From a virus: 64,000 nucleotides of DNA. The notes under the pieces were generated by a model that had not been told where the DNA came from, ran no database searches, and saw only the letters and a program-made list of their open reading frames with translations. The DNA is taken from positions 4,559 through 68,558 of IMG/VR virus record IMGVR_UViG_3300049027_000047; one strand, 5' to 3'. Every line of letters begins with the position of its first letter. Position 1 is the stretch's first letter. The position numbers were made by a program, and so were the translations under genes. Below are positions 17,113 to 27,400 of the stretch, piece after piece.

Positions 17113-18543
17113 ATGCGTTTCGTCGTTCCCGTCAGCCAGAGTGACCGTCATCTGTTGTCTAAGCGGATCGAGGTGTTTAAGCACCTTGGAGGGTGGAAGA
17201 ACCACCACCTCCTCTTTGCTCCTGCCCCATCCTGTCTGGCAGAGGTTGAAAAAGTTGCTGAGGAGATGCGACCCTACTGTCCGAATGTCGAAGTCCGTGC
17301 GGTGGTACGTGAACCCTCTGGAGGATGGCCGGAAGCCTGCAACAAGCACTTCCACGATACTGTCAACCTCCTCGGAAAACTCAGCAACCACCTCAACTGG
17401 TTCTTCTTGGAATTGGATTGCAATCCCCTCCGCCAAGGGTGGCAGGACGCGTTGGAAACAGCCTACAACTCTGGTGGAAAACCGTTCTGTGGGCACGTCC
17501 GTCCTACTTCCGAGGTGACAAGCCCTCCGCTAAAAGGGTCGCACATGGTTGGAGCGGGAATGTATCCCTTCAACTTCCATGTCATCGCTGCTGCTGAATA
17601 CCCGTATTTGGCACCAAAAGTACCGTTTGATGTGACTCTGCGGTGGAGGGTGCTTCAAAGTGGTGTGACGCACACGGACTTGATCGCCCACCGTCATTCT
17701 ACCAAGGAGTACACTCTGGAAGGTCCGGTTTTGATTCCCAATGAAGGGACACCTGTGGACATCAACGGTACCGCCTTGGTACACGGGTGCAAGGATGACA
17801 GTCTGGCTGATCTGGTGCTCTCGGGCGCTCTGGATTCTTTCCCTCCGCTTATCAAAGCTGCTCCAGCTGCCGTAAAGGCTGAGGTGACGACCAAGGCGCA
17901 TGTCCCATCTCTGGAGTCTCAGCTTTCCTCGGCAGGCTACAGGAGCATCATGAAGGGTGTCTGGGCGCACTCAACGGTTTCCAACGAGTCGATTGCCAAC
18001 CATCTTGGAGTCAAGACTGAGGTTCAGGCATCCAAGCCGCCCCTCACAGATATGGATTACGCTATCATGCGGGAAAGACGCAAGCTTGAGTCCCAGCCTG
18101 TTGTGGTCCCACAAGTTTCTCAGGAGGAATCTGTTGCAACAGATTTGCCTCAACCAATTTCCGAAAGTCAGCATGGTATTCAGGGAGAACCTGAATCGGG
18201 TCTGGTGACACCTCATGAAACACTGATCTCGGAAGATACATCGCCAGAGCCGGGCGCTGATAATGCGGCTCCTCCTATTCATACCGTGACTGAGGACACG
18301 GGGCATCAAGGGGAAAGATGTGATGCCAGTTCAGTAGCTGCGTCCGGCAGTGAATCCCAGACCGGACAATCTTTCATCGACGATCTCACTCTCAAGGTGG
18401 CCCGATCCAAGCCCAAGCGCATCCGGGATTGGGCAGAAGAGTTGCAAGTTACTCACGAAGAACTAAGATCGCTGATTAACAGCCATCCTGAGTCCCGGTT
18501 GAAGATCGCCACCGCAGGCTGGTTGAGCATCGCCTCTGCATAA
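17113..18543 (+). CDS. putative GT-A-like domain, acidic linker and C-terminal HTH
   Basis: FFLELDC (DxD-like), GKPF.G, HMVGAGMYP, HGCKD; C-terminal RIRDWAEELQVTHEELRSLI; TAATG-coupled to portal. Confidence 0.5.
   Translation: MRFVVPVSQSDRHLLSKRIEVFKHLGGWKNHHLLFAPAPSCLAEVEKVAEEMRPYCPNVEVRAVVREPSGGWPEACNKHFHDTVNLLGKLSNHLNWFFLELDCNPLRQGWQDALETAYNSGGKPFCGHVRPTSEVTSPPLKGSHMVGAGMYPFNFHVIAAAEYPYLAPKVPFDVTLRWRVLQSGVTHTDLIAHRHSTKEYTLEGPVLIPNEGTPVDINGTALVHGCKDDSLADLVLSGALDSFPPLIKAAPAAVKAEVTTKAHVPSLESQLSSAGYRSIMKGVWAHSTVSNESIANHLGVKTEVQASKPPLTDMDYAIMRERRKLESQPVVVPQVSQEESVATDLPQPISESQHGIQGEPESGLVTPHETLISEDTSPEPGADNAAPPIHTVTEDTGHQGERCDASSVAASGSESQTGQSFIDDLTLKVARSKPKRIRDWAEELQVTHEELRSLINSHPESRLKIATAGWLSIASA
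18130..18143. repeat. dispersed palindrome copy 8 TCTGTTGCAACAGA
   Basis: inside a low-complexity linker. Confidence 0.9.
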
Positions 18544-20828
18544 TGAGCACTCCTGTCCCCACCTCTTCCTACGATGGGCTTTTGAACGTGACTACCCCCA
18601 ACGGCGAACTTGCCGTAGGGGAGCGCGTAAAGACGGTGTCAGATGCCGCCAGCATCTACTGGACCATGCGGGAGGCTGACCAAGCCTCTGCTATGAACCG
18701 GGTCCAGATCCAGGCCATCCTTGACGGAGCGCCTCCTTACAACCCCAGAATGGCAGCACGTCGGGGAATTGGAGACATTGCCAATGTGAACTTTGGGTTC
18801 ATGGAGGACGCCCTCAATCTGTTTGAGGCTCCTTTCAACGACCTGTTTGAGGAAGAGGTGCTCTTCACTACCCCAACTCGCTACGGGACAGACATCCAAA
18901 AACGGCAGGAAGACAGTCAAATCATTGCTGAGGAGTTCACCAAGCTGATCTCCAATCTGCCAGGGGTGGAGTTTGAGCGCCCCAACATGGTGAGAATGTT
19001 CGGCCTCCACGGGGTATCAATTCCCTACTTCCCAGACACAATGGGAATTGAGTGGGAGACCACTTCCATGGGAGACTTCCTTATCCCCCGACATGTTCGG
19101 GCGAAGGTGGGGAGCATTGAGGTGGCATGTTTCGTCAAAGACTGGATCACCAGCGATCTCTACAAGTTCATCAAAGATCCAGCAGTTGCAGAAGCTGAGG
19201 GCTGGAATGTCGCTGCTGTCAAAGAGCAGATCAAAAACGCCCACGTCCAGAGCAACAACCCATGGAACCCTGAGCAGTGGGAGGATAGCTGGAAGAACAA
19301 TGACATCGCCATGTCCATGGGGCGATCCAAGACAGTCAGGGCTGTGACCATGCTGGTGACATCCTTGGAAGGTCCGGTTTCCATGTACATCTTCCCCGAG
19401 GGAGGAAGTGCTGAGAACGGCACCACGGGTGAGTTCATGTTCAAGAAGCTGAACAAGTACGGCTCCCAGTCTGAGGCTTACACGATCATGACAGACTCCG
19501 TGGGAACTAACGGGTTCTACCACGGGATTCGCGGGGTGGGCTACAAGCTCTTTGAGATCGTCAAGCAGATGAACATGCTCTGGAGCAGCTTCATCGACGC
19601 CATTCGCATGTCCTCAAAGCTGGTGATCAAGCCAACTTCGGACAACTCCATGGAGAACCTCAACATGGTCCACTTTGGAAATTACGTGGTGATGCCGCCC
19701 AACACGGATACGGTGCAATGGCAGTTCCCCAACCTTCAGAACACGATCATCCCGGGGCTGAACATGATGAACGGCGTTCTCTCTGAGAAGGTGGGACGCT
19801 ACACCTCAGAGGCAGACCTCAATCAAGCCAAAGAACAGACCAGGGCTGAGGTCATGGCAAGGGTGGATCAGGTGGCCAAACTATCCTTCTCACGGCTTAA
19901 CATCTTCCTTCGAGCCTTCACCCGGCTGGGAAGAGAGCAGTTCCGCCGTGTCATGCGTCGTGACTGGACAGAACAGGATCGCAACGGCCCTGAAGTGCTG
20001 GCCTTCTACGCTGCCTGCAAACGCCGTGGAGTGGAGGCTGAGGCCATTCACAACGTGGACCTCTCAGAAGTGATTGCAGTCCGTCCGATTGGCAACGGTT
20101 CTGCCGCTGCCCGTACTGCCATCTACGACCGACTGTGGCAGGTGTTCCCCTACATGGATGAAGAGGGCAAAAACCTTTTCCTTCGCGATGTCACCAGAAC
20201 CACTGGCGGAGTGACGGCGGCAGACAAGTACATGCCCAAGATTCCCGGCCAGCGTCCTCCGATTGACGCGAAAGTGGCCATTCTGGAGAACAAGGACATG
20301 CGGGCTGGTGAGTTCATGCAGGTGGAACCCAACGAACTCCACGCTGTGCACATTCCTGAGCACCTTCAGGAGATGCTGGCCATCATCAACCAGCTTATGG
20401 GCATGGAGATTTCTGAGGAACAGGCGATCCCTTCGCTTTCCCTACTCCAAGAACACACCTATACCCATCTCGGGTACATCAGCCCTCAAGACCCACGGCA
20501 TGCCCAGTGGAATCAAGCCCTCCAGCAGACAGACGAGATCATCACCAATGGTCAGCGTTCACTGGAGAAGAAGATGAAGGAGCAGGCAGAGGCTGAGGCT
20601 GCTGGACAGGATTACCAAGCCGCCCCTGATGAAGTGGGGGTTGCAGAACGTATCCAGTTTGAACAAGCTGCCATGGCGCTTGACAACGCCCTGAAGGAAC
20701 AGAAGCTCAATATCAATGAGGCCAACCAGAACCTCAAAGTCCGTGAGGCGGAGCAGAAGATGGCCCTGCGTGATGCTGAAACTGCCAGCAAGATTCGAAC
20801 CCAACGCCGCAAACCTTCCCGCCAATGA
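18543..20828 (+). CDS. portal protein
   Basis: 761 aa with helical C-terminal barrel; order portal-small-scaffold-capsid. Confidence 0.7.
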   Translation: MSTPVPTSSYDGLLNVTTPNGELAVGERVKTVSDAASIYWTMREADQASAMNRVQIQAILDGAPPYNPRMAARRGIGDIANVNFGFMEDALNLFEAPFNDLFEEEVLFTTPTRYGTDIQKRQEDSQIIAEEFTKLISNLPGVEFERPNMVRMFGLHGVSIPYFPDTMGIEWETTSMGDFLIPRHVRAKVGSIEVACFVKDWITSDLYKFIKDPAVAEAEGWNVAAVKEQIKNAHVQSNNPWNPEQWEDSWKNNDIAMSMGRSKTVRAVTMLVTSLEGPVSMYIFPEGGSAENGTTGEFMFKKLNKYGSQSEAYTIMTDSVGTNGFYHGIRGVGYKLFEIVKQMNMLWSSFIDAIRMSSKLVIKPTSDNSMENLNMVHFGNYVVMPPNTDTVQWQFPNLQNTIIPGLNMMNGVLSEKVGRYTSEADLNQAKEQTRAEVMARVDQVAKLSFSRLNIFLRAFTRLGREQFRRVMRRDWTEQDRNGPEVLAFYAACKRRGVEAEAIHNVDLSEVIAVRPIGNGSAAARTAIYDRLWQVFPYMDEEGKNLFLRDVTRTTGGVTAADKYMPKIPGQRPPIDAKVAILENKDMRAGEFMQVEPNELHAVHIPEHLQEMLAIINQLMGMEISEEQAIPSLSLLQEHTYTHLGYISPQDPRHAQWNQALQQTDEIITNGQRSLEKKMKEQAEAEAAGQDYQAAPDEVGVAERIQFEQAAMALDNALKEQKLNINEANQNLKVREAEQKMALRDAETASKIRTQRRKPSRQ

Positions 20829-21154
20829 CCGACCTGGAAAGATGGTTTCAAGATCCTGAGAACCCGAAGGAACTGGCGCAAGCCCTTTCAATTCCTGCGG
20901 TGCAGAAGGCCATTCAGATGCTGGTGATGCTCAACCTGCCTGACGGGTTTACCAGCGGTGATGCCATGACAAAAGTCACGCAAGCGGCCCACAACTGGCA
21001 TTACTACGCTGGATTCCACGATTTCCACCGCAAGCTGAAGTCACTGTCCATTTCCCTTGAACCAGAAGACAAGGAACCCTTGGAAGCTTTTGATCCTGCA
21101 TGGTTGAAGGAATGGAGTGAGACCCGTCAGAAGAACCAATCTAAATCCGCATGA
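20825..21154 (+). CDS. small head-module protein
   Basis: between portal and scaffold, ATGA-coupled. Confidence 0.55.
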   Translation: MTDLERWFQDPENPKELAQALSIPAVQKAIQMLVMLNLPDGFTSGDAMTKVTQAAHNWHYYAGFHDFHRKLKSLSISLEPEDKEPLEAFDPAWLKEWSETRQKNQSKSA

Positions 21155-22299
21155 GCACTGAACTACTTGAAGCACCCGCAGGAGTGGACCCTTTCGACGG
21201 GGGTCTGGACCAGTTTATCAATCCTAAGCCGGAGGCCAAGGCAGAGCCTGACCAGAAGGTCGGAGAACCCGTCGTGACAGAGGTTGTGACGCCCGAGGTG
21301 AAAGCCGAAGAGGTTGCCCCTGTCAAAGATGACCTCCTTAGTGGAATCTCCGATGAGTCGGAATCTGTTACGACAGAAAAAGCAGAGGAGGAGATCAAGG
21401 AATACCCGCCAGAGATCCGGTCCATGAAGGCGCGGGAACATTTTGATGCCCTAAAAGCCTCCAAACGTGCCGCAGAACGCCGCGCTGCTGAGCTTGAGAC
21501 CAAGGTCAAGGACTTGGAGTCTAAAGGAGGAATCAAAGCCCCGGAAGTGGCTGTATTGCAGAAGCAATACGATGAACTCAAGGAGAAGTGGGATGAAGCG
21601 CAGAAGGAACTCTCTTCTTCCTTCCTGCAAGGCACTGAGGAGTTCAAGAATGCCGTGGTGCGCCCCATGCAGGAGGCGACTACCGGACTGAAGAAGTTTG
21701 CTGAGGTCTATGAACTCTCCACCTCGGACATTGACGCTGCCCTTGGGGAGCCTGACGAGTTCAAGCGCAATGAGATGGTCTCCGACATCGCAGAGAGCAT
21801 CCGTGGCCTCATGAACAAGGCCAAGTTTGAGAAGCTGGTGGATCAATTCATCACCGCCAAGGCTAAGGAGGACGAGCTTTACCAGAACGCCGAGGGGTCG
21901 ATGGAGTTCGCCAAGACCAAGAAGGCTGAGGAAGAAGCTGCCGCCAAGCTGAAAGCCGCTGAGGAGTACAAATCTGCACGTCAGACAGTCATTGAAAACC
22001 TATCCACCAAGCTTACGGACCTCAAAGAGGAGCCGGGAACATGGGAGAAGGTCGTGGCAGACGCGGAGAGTGTGGATTTTGACTCCCTCTCACCAAAGAT
22101 GAAGGCGTTTGCTGCCGTGGCAATGAACTCCATCAAACCCTACCAAGCCAAAGTGGCGACTCTTGCAGCCAAGATTAAGCATCTGGAAGGAGTGATTGCC
22201 TCCCGTAATGCTGCCAGCCCTGGAGCAGCATCTGGATCGGTGACGCAGACGATGAAGAAGGAAGGCGACTTCCTTGATGGCATCCCTATTCCCCGGTAA
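21151..22299 (+). CDS. capsid scaffolding protein
   Basis: acidic N-terminus, long coiled coils, directly upstream of capsid gene. Confidence 0.65.
   Translation: MSTELLEAPAGVDPFDGGLDQFINPKPEAKAEPDQKVGEPVVTEVVTPEVKAEEVAPVKDDLLSGISDESESVTTEKAEEEIKEYPPEIRSMKAREHFDALKASKRAAERRAAELETKVKDLESKGGIKAPEVAVLQKQYDELKEKWDEAQKELSSSFLQGTEEFKNAVVRPMQEATTGLKKFAEVYELSTSDIDAALGEPDEFKRNEMVSDIAESIRGLMNKAKFEKLVDQFITAKAKEDELYQNAEGSMEFAKTKKAEEEAAAKLKAAEEYKSARQTVIENLSTKLTDLKEEPGTWEKVVADAESVDFDSLSPKMKAFAAVAMNSIKPYQAKVATLAAKIKHLEGVIASRNAASPGAASGSVTQTMKKEGDFLDGIPIPR
21364..21377. repeat. dispersed palindrome copy 9 TCTGTTACGACAGA
   Basis: inside scaffold CDS. Confidence 0.9.
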
Positions 22300-22592
22300 A
22301 ATGGTCCATGGAGGTGATGGCAAACCCCTCAACCCTCATCTCCACTACCGGACACCCTTGAAGCATCACAGGCCCAAAAGGCTGACCTAGGAAAGCTCTT
22401 AGACCGTACATTGTTCGTGGTCCTGCCATGGCAATGACGGTCTTTTCCTTTGGGACCAGCCATGAGAGATTCATAAGCAATTCTCTCGCAAGAGACGGAC
22501 TGACCGAGGAGACATGCCAACTCATGGGCCAAATCATGCCCAGTTTGCGTGCTGTCAGCAATGCTTTTCTTGCGCAGAGGAACCGATTGGTG

Positions 22593-22621
22593 TTGACAAT
22601 CAACGCCTATTGAGCAAACCT
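22593..22621 (+). promoter_or_regulatory. putative capsid promoter
   Basis: TTGACA-17-AAACCT upstream of a ~160-nt leader. Confidence 0.45.
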
Positions 22622-22786
22622 CGCAATAGGCGGCCCACCTTTAACGGGCAAAAAACACTCGGAGAATAATCACCCAGAGGTCTCCAACTGGGAACTTGAG
22701 CAACAACTGCTGGACATTGCTCCCGGCGCTCACCGTGGTCCCACCAACGAGGATCACAAGTTCCAACCTCTTTTCTTTCTCCTTTT

Positions 22787-24007
22787 ATGCCTACTCCTGA
22801 GTGTTCCGCAGTGAACGACTACTTCGTGACTGAGAGCGGTCGTTTCATTGACAAGATCGTCGAACGTGGCCGCATGAAGTCTTGGTGGTCTTCCCTTGGC
22901 GGCAATGGTATTCCCTCTGAACCCTATCCTGACGGGATGGGCCTAAACTTCAACAACACCATCTGGGAGCGTTCTGGACGCACGGGTGGGGGCTGGACGG
23001 CTCAAGCGCTGAACTCTGGCGGCACTTCTGTCTGCGTACCTGACGCGGGCATTGTGTACCCTGCCAACACGGTGCGCACCTCCGTTGGCTACAAGCAGGT
23101 GCTCTACACCGACTACATCTGCTTGGAAGACGTTCGCCGTGGCTACGAGTTCAAGCAGCAGGTCGCTGGCATCCGGGACAACTTCCAAGACCAGATTGTT
23201 GACGAGTGGGAATACCTCAACCGTCAGCAGTACGTGACTCTTGGGAAGAACAAGGTGGTGTTTAACCCCCAGCTTCCCAACAACACCTCTGGCACCACGA
23301 TGACGGACTTCCCGGCTCAAGAGCCGACCAGTCCCATCACCCAGAACTACCTCGACCACCTGCGTTATGCGCTCAACCGCAACTCCGCAGCCATCGACGG
23401 TGGGGCCTATGCCATGGAAGACGGCCAGCCCGTTTACATGGTGGTGATGTCCCCTGAGCAGCAGCAGAGCCTGTTCCAGTCTGGCGGTACGATCTACCAG
23501 TCCAGCCGCATCAACCAGGACCTGCGCTACACCTCGGAGGCTGACAAGCTTTTGAAGGCATACGGTGTGAACCGGACTTACCACGGCTGGTTCCACATGA
23601 TCGACTACAAGGCCCCCCACTACAACTTCGTCAACGGAGCATGGGTGGAAGTGCCTTACTACTCGTCTGCCGCTGCCACCAACGGTACGCAGCTTCAGGT
23701 GAACCCTGACTACGAATCCGCTGACTATGAACTTGTCATCGTGTTTGTGAAGACGGCGATCACCCGCATGGTTCCCAAGACCTTCACCAGTGCCGGATCT
23801 GATGCCACCTTCAAGGCATGGGATTACGCTGGCACGGTCCAGTGGATCAACGCCTACGACCGCACCTGCAACCCGCTGCTCAACAACGGGTACTTTGCAG
23901 CCCAGCTGCAGGCCACCTACAACCCGAAGAAGATCGATAACGCCTACTCCATTATGGTGAAGCGTTGCCCCCGCGACTTCGAGATGGTGACCTGCACTGT
24001 GTCCTAA
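22787..24007 (+). CDS. major capsid protein
   Basis: 406 aa after scaffold, strongly biased codons, followed by a strong hairpin; 6 Cys. Confidence 0.75.
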   Translation: MPTPECSAVNDYFVTESGRFIDKIVERGRMKSWWSSLGGNGIPSEPYPDGMGLNFNNTIWERSGRTGGGWTAQALNSGGTSVCVPDAGIVYPANTVRTSVGYKQVLYTDYICLEDVRRGYEFKQQVAGIRDNFQDQIVDEWEYLNRQQYVTLGKNKVVFNPQLPNNTSGTTMTDFPAQEPTSPITQNYLDHLRYALNRNSAAIDGGAYAMEDGQPVYMVVMSPEQQQSLFQSGGTIYQSSRINQDLRYTSEADKLLKAYGVNRTYHGWFHMIDYKAPHYNFVNGAWVEVPYYSSAAATNGTQLQVNPDYESADYELVIVFVKTAITRMVPKTFTSAGSDATFKAWDYAGTVQWINAYDRTCNPLLNNGYFAAQLQATYNPKKIDNAYSIMVKRCPRDFEMVTCTVS

Positions 24008-24019
24008 TCACCCATCCCC

Positions 24020-24059
24020 AGAGCGGGCAGCTTGAGGTCTTCCTTGAGTTGCCCGCTCT
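24020..24059 (+). terminator. stem-loop after capsid gene
   Basis: AGAGCGGGCAGCTTGAGG-TCTT-CCTTGAGTTGCCCGCTCT. Confidence 0.7.
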
Positions 24060-24077
24060 TAATAGAAAGGCATTTTT

Positions 24078-24371
24078 ATGGCTGGACTTGAAATCGAGAT
24101 TGAGAAGAAGGGTGGAGACTACATCGAGATGAGTCCCCCAGAGGGATTCATGGTCCCAGAAGGACTGGATGAGGATGCCACCTTTGAGACTGTCACTGAA
24201 TGGCGGCTCAAGCCCAATGGCAAGATGTGCGTCGTCTCTATTGACGGCGTGGAGGTGCCTGAGAAAGAAGACAAAATGGAGGAGCTTGAAGGGGAGGAAG
24301 ACTTCTACCAGCCCCCTACTTCTGGCGATGATGACTTCATTGCTGGAATGGAAAGAAGCATGCGAGCCTAA
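24078..24371 (+). CDS. acidic head-associated protein
   Basis: position after capsid. Confidence 0.55.
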   Translation: MAGLEIEIEKKGGDYIEMSPPEGFMVPEGLDEDATFETVTEWRLKPNGKMCVVSIDGVEVPEKEDKMEELEGEEDFYQPPTSGDDDFIAGMERSMRA

Positions 24372-24376
24372 AACCT

Positions 24377-24664
24377 ATGTCTGACGCATTCCAAAATCCA
24401 ACACCTCTGGCCAACGAGTACCCAAGTCAGGCCGTACATAAGTTCGTTGTGGGCGTCTGGGAGCAGATTCAGTCTGGATCGTTTGGAGGAGGAGGCGGTC
24501 TCCCAATCCCTCCAAACCAGACTGATGTTGCCATTGCTTATTACGGCTCCACCAACAACATCCAGACAGTGACGTATTCGCCTAGTGGATACACGTTGAC
24601 TCTGACCTACGCTGGCGGTGGAGTGGCTGACAATGATCTTCTCACCAACGTATCAGGATCCTGA
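24377..24664 (+). CDS. virion structural protein
   Basis: beta-rich, TLTLTY...LLTNV. Confidence 0.55.
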   Translation: MSDAFQNPTPLANEYPSQAVHKFVVGVWEQIQSGSFGGGGGLPIPPNQTDVAIAYYGSTNNIQTVTYSPSGYTLTLTYAGGGVADNDLLTNVSGS

Positions 24665-24667
24665 TCT

Positions 24668-25525
24668 ATGCCATACGTTTTTAATCCACTCACTGGGAGG
24701 CTGGACTTCACCAATCCGGGGTCCTCTTTTGATCCTCATTCTCCTGGTCCGATTGGGGATGTGACTCCATCTACTGGGGCGTTCACTTCCATTACATCTG
24801 CTCCAGGGAATGACGAGTCAGGTCTTTCCATTACAGCCGGGTCCATCACAGGTTCAGGAACCACTCCCTTTTTGTCTGTGGCGGGCGAATGGGACACGAC
24901 AGGATCTCCCGCTGCGATCCAGGTGGACGTGACGGCGGGTGCCTTTGGGAGCGATGCTAGCCTGATTGACCTTAGGTCCGGCGGGGTCTCGCGCTTTGCT
25001 GTGGATATCAACGGCGCTCTGAGGCATTCGCTTGTGACCTCTGGCGATGTGGTGCTCGGTGGGTCTGTGATCGCCACGGGAACGCTAGAGACCGCAAGCG
25101 AAGTTATTGGTAATAACTTCTTCGCATCTGGTGACGTCGTGGTTGAAGGGTCAGTGCTGTGCGCTGGCTACGCAGAGATTGCTGGGTACTTGACGGTGGT
25201 AGGCAATGTGACCATGAACAATGCCGCGATTGAAGGAGAGTTCTTGCTGAAGAATAATGTGCTCCTTTCGGCAGTTGGTACCGGGGTTCTGACGTTGCTA
25301 GACTCGACTTACGTTTCCTTCGACCGATTGCAATTTGGCGGGGAGACAAGCGACTATCCATCGATGCAGCGATCTGGGGCGGCGATGGTCGTCCGCCTGG
25401 CAGATGACAGTGCAGATGCAGGGCTGCGGGCGGCATCACTCCATCTTTCGGACTTGCCCACGTCTGATCCTGGAGACCCCGGGGTGGTGTGGAATGATGG
25501 AGGAACTCTAAAGATTTCGATATGA
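24668..25525 (+). CDS. tail/head fibre-like protein
   Basis: FNPLTGRLD N-terminus, IGDVTPSTGAFT, C-terminal LPTSDP...WNDGGTLKIS fibre motif. Confidence 0.65.
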   Translation: MPYVFNPLTGRLDFTNPGSSFDPHSPGPIGDVTPSTGAFTSITSAPGNDESGLSITAGSITGSGTTPFLSVAGEWDTTGSPAAIQVDVTAGAFGSDASLIDLRSGGVSRFAVDINGALRHSLVTSGDVVLGGSVIATGTLETASEVIGNNFFASGDVVVEGSVLCAGYAEIAGYLTVVGNVTMNNAAIEGEFLLKNNVLLSAVGTGVLTLLDSTYVSFDRLQFGGETSDYPSMQRSGAAMVVRLADDSADAGLRAASLHLSDLPTSDPGDPGVVWNDGGTLKISI

Positions 25526-25872
25526 GCACCAATTTAATTCCCACTACACCCAAGACTGCCGCCGAGATTCAGGCGGACGCAATCGTCAACGGCGTGAATC
25601 AACAGCTCAAGGCGCGGGTGAGTACGCACAAGATTATCTGGTCCAGTCTCTGGGAAAGCCCTGCTACATCTGCGGTGGATATCCTGGCCGCGCTGGGGCC
25701 GCGCGGAGTGAGAGCGCTCCAGGCGGGGGCGCAATCCGTGGCGGATCTGACGGCCTGCGCCGCCATTGCTGGTACTACGGTGGAGGCACTGGTGGGTGAT
25801 GCCAAGTACCTCACAACGAAGCTGCCGGTATCCATCACTGAAGATGGAGTTGTGACGATCAGCGACGATTGA
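25522..25872 (+). CDS. putative fibre chaperone or structural protein
   Basis: ATGA-coupled to fibre gene. Confidence 0.5.
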   Translation: MSTNLIPTTPKTAAEIQADAIVNGVNQQLKARVSTHKIIWSSLWESPATSAVDILAALGPRGVRALQAGAQSVADLTACAAIAGTTVEALVGDAKYLTTKLPVSITEDGVVTISDD

Positions 25873-25888
25873 CACCGCCTCCCTCGAC

Positions 25889-25916
25889 GGAGCTTTGATC
25901 ATACTGTCAAAGCTCC
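25889..25916 (+). other. intergenic hairpin (coordinates approximate)
   Basis: GGAGCTTTGA-N8-TCAAAGCTCC inverted repeat. Confidence 0.4.
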
Positions 25917-25947
25917 TGAAGGAGGAGACGGGAAAGACTGATGAATA

Positions 25948-26742
25948 ATGGCCAATCCTGATCCATTTGTTGTTGTCGGAACCGTTAACCCTAACGAGTT
26001 CTCCTTCATCACGTATGTACGGGCGCAGTGGAACATCCAGCTTCCGGTGGCTGGAGTGACAATCTACAACGACTGGAAAGAGGCTGTCTATCCTCAAGCC
26101 ACCTTGGACTGGGGAGGTTATGTGTACGGGGATACGGTTGAAGCCCCTACAGGATGGTTGGGGTTCTTGTGGGTGAGGAAGAAGACTGAGACTGAGAAGA
26201 ACACCCCTTACAGGACATTCACAAGGAATGGGAACCATCGGTGGCCTCCTGTGCTCTACTCACTGAACTTCATTCAGGATGCGTCCTTCCCAGCTTCAAC
26301 GAACGGGCCTGACGGGTCCATTGTGCGTGCGCCAAGAGTCTTTGTAAGACAGGTGTTCAAGCCTGAATCCAACGAAGGCTCCCTCTTCAAGTACGAGTAT
26401 TTCCTGTCTGACAGCAAGTACGAGATCCCCCCTTATCCTGCTCCTCAGCCACAGGAGGTCTCCTACGACTTTCTAGGGGCCTCTGGCACGTTCCCAGAAT
26501 CCCTTCATAAGAAGATCGTCATCCGCCCTCAGAGGACCGCTGTAGCCAAGTACAGCGTTGGCGGAGGGGAGCAGGGCGTTGGAGGAGGCGTCCTGGGAGG
26601 CCAGCTTTTTCCTTCTACAGAACCGTTTGAGGACTGGGTGCCTTACGTCATCTCTGACAACCAGACTTTTCAACAAGGCCAGTACAGCCGTGAGAGAGTG
26701 ACTGTGTTCCCTCCGATTCTGGACAACATCACAACCCGCTAA
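25948..26742 (+). CDS. putative virion protein
   Basis: 264-aa beta-rich ORF in structural module. Confidence 0.55.
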   Translation: MANPDPFVVVGTVNPNEFSFITYVRAQWNIQLPVAGVTIYNDWKEAVYPQATLDWGGYVYGDTVEAPTGWLGFLWVRKKTETEKNTPYRTFTRNGNHRWPPVLYSLNFIQDASFPASTNGPDGSIVRAPRVFVRQVFKPESNEGSLFKYEYFLSDSKYEIPPYPAPQPQEVSYDFLGASGTFPESLHKKIVIRPQRTAVAKYSVGGGEQGVGGGVLGGQLFPSTEPFEDWVPYVISDNQTFQQGQYSRERVTVFPPILDNITTR

Positions 26743-26746
26743 TTCC

Positions 26747-27178
26747 ATGCCCTGGTCCAATGCTGCCCCCGCCCCCTATGTCCTCCTTCTCAGGAATGGC
26801 ATCCAGACCAGCGTGCCTGGAGTCCAGTCTGAGACGCAAGAGGATCTCCAGCTCTTTGACGGTGAGACCTACCGTGATGAACTGGATGCCACTTTCCTAG
26901 GTACAGGGAGGAACGTCGCAGTAACTGGATCTGGAACTGACGCCATCATTACCAACGGGAACCAGTCCAGCATTACCGGGTCCACAGGATACCAAGCGGT
27001 GCAAGACCCTTTGATGGAGGAGTCGGATTCATTCTCTCACACGCCTCCACGGCCAGTCGAGAGCACCCGTACCCGGCTCTTGTGGTGGAGCGCAGCTTCT
27101 GGCACTGGAAATGTGGTGGGTTGGGCATGGGCAGATCAGGTGGTTGACTTCTCTCCTTCGACGCATGTCCGCATCTAG
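26747..27178 (+). CDS. putative virion protein
   Basis: structural module context. Confidence 0.5.
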   Translation: MPWSNAAPAPYVLLLRNGIQTSVPGVQSETQEDLQLFDGETYRDELDATFLGTGRNVAVTGSGTDAIITNGNQSSITGSTGYQAVQDPLMEESDSFSHTPPRPVESTRTRLLWWSAASGTGNVVGWAWADQVVDFSPSTHVRI

Positions 27179-27376
27179 ATGGACTCCAACGCCTTCAAGT
27201 TCTCTGACCCAAGTTCCCCATGGCTGACCCCCATGGGACCTTTGGTATTGAGGGGAGGGTTGAGAGGGATGGTCTCACAGTACAGTGACGGGGTCACGAA
27301 TCTGCTGACCCCTAAAAGGGTCCCTATGAGGCGCAAGACAGACTTCACGTACGTGTCTTTCCCTATTGAAACTTGA
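27179..27376 (+). CDS. hypothetical protein
   Basis: abuts previous stop. Confidence 0.45.
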   Translation: MDSNAFKFSDPSSPWLTPMGPLVLRGGLRGMVSQYSDGVTNLLTPKRVPMRRKTDFTYVSFPIET

Positions 27377-27400
27377 ACTCCTTATTAGCTTTGCTATTGT
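27373..27400 (+). promoter_or_regulatory. promoter with TAGCTTTGCTA operator (27386-27396) heading GT cluster 2
   Basis: TTGAAC-16-TATTGT; ATG at 27408. Confidence 0.65.

Noticed and set aside
22943-23620. Long antisense ORFs (for example 22943..23620, 60441..61283, 25534..26238)
   Set aside because: Shadows of strongly coding genes on the other strand, with no recognisable motifs
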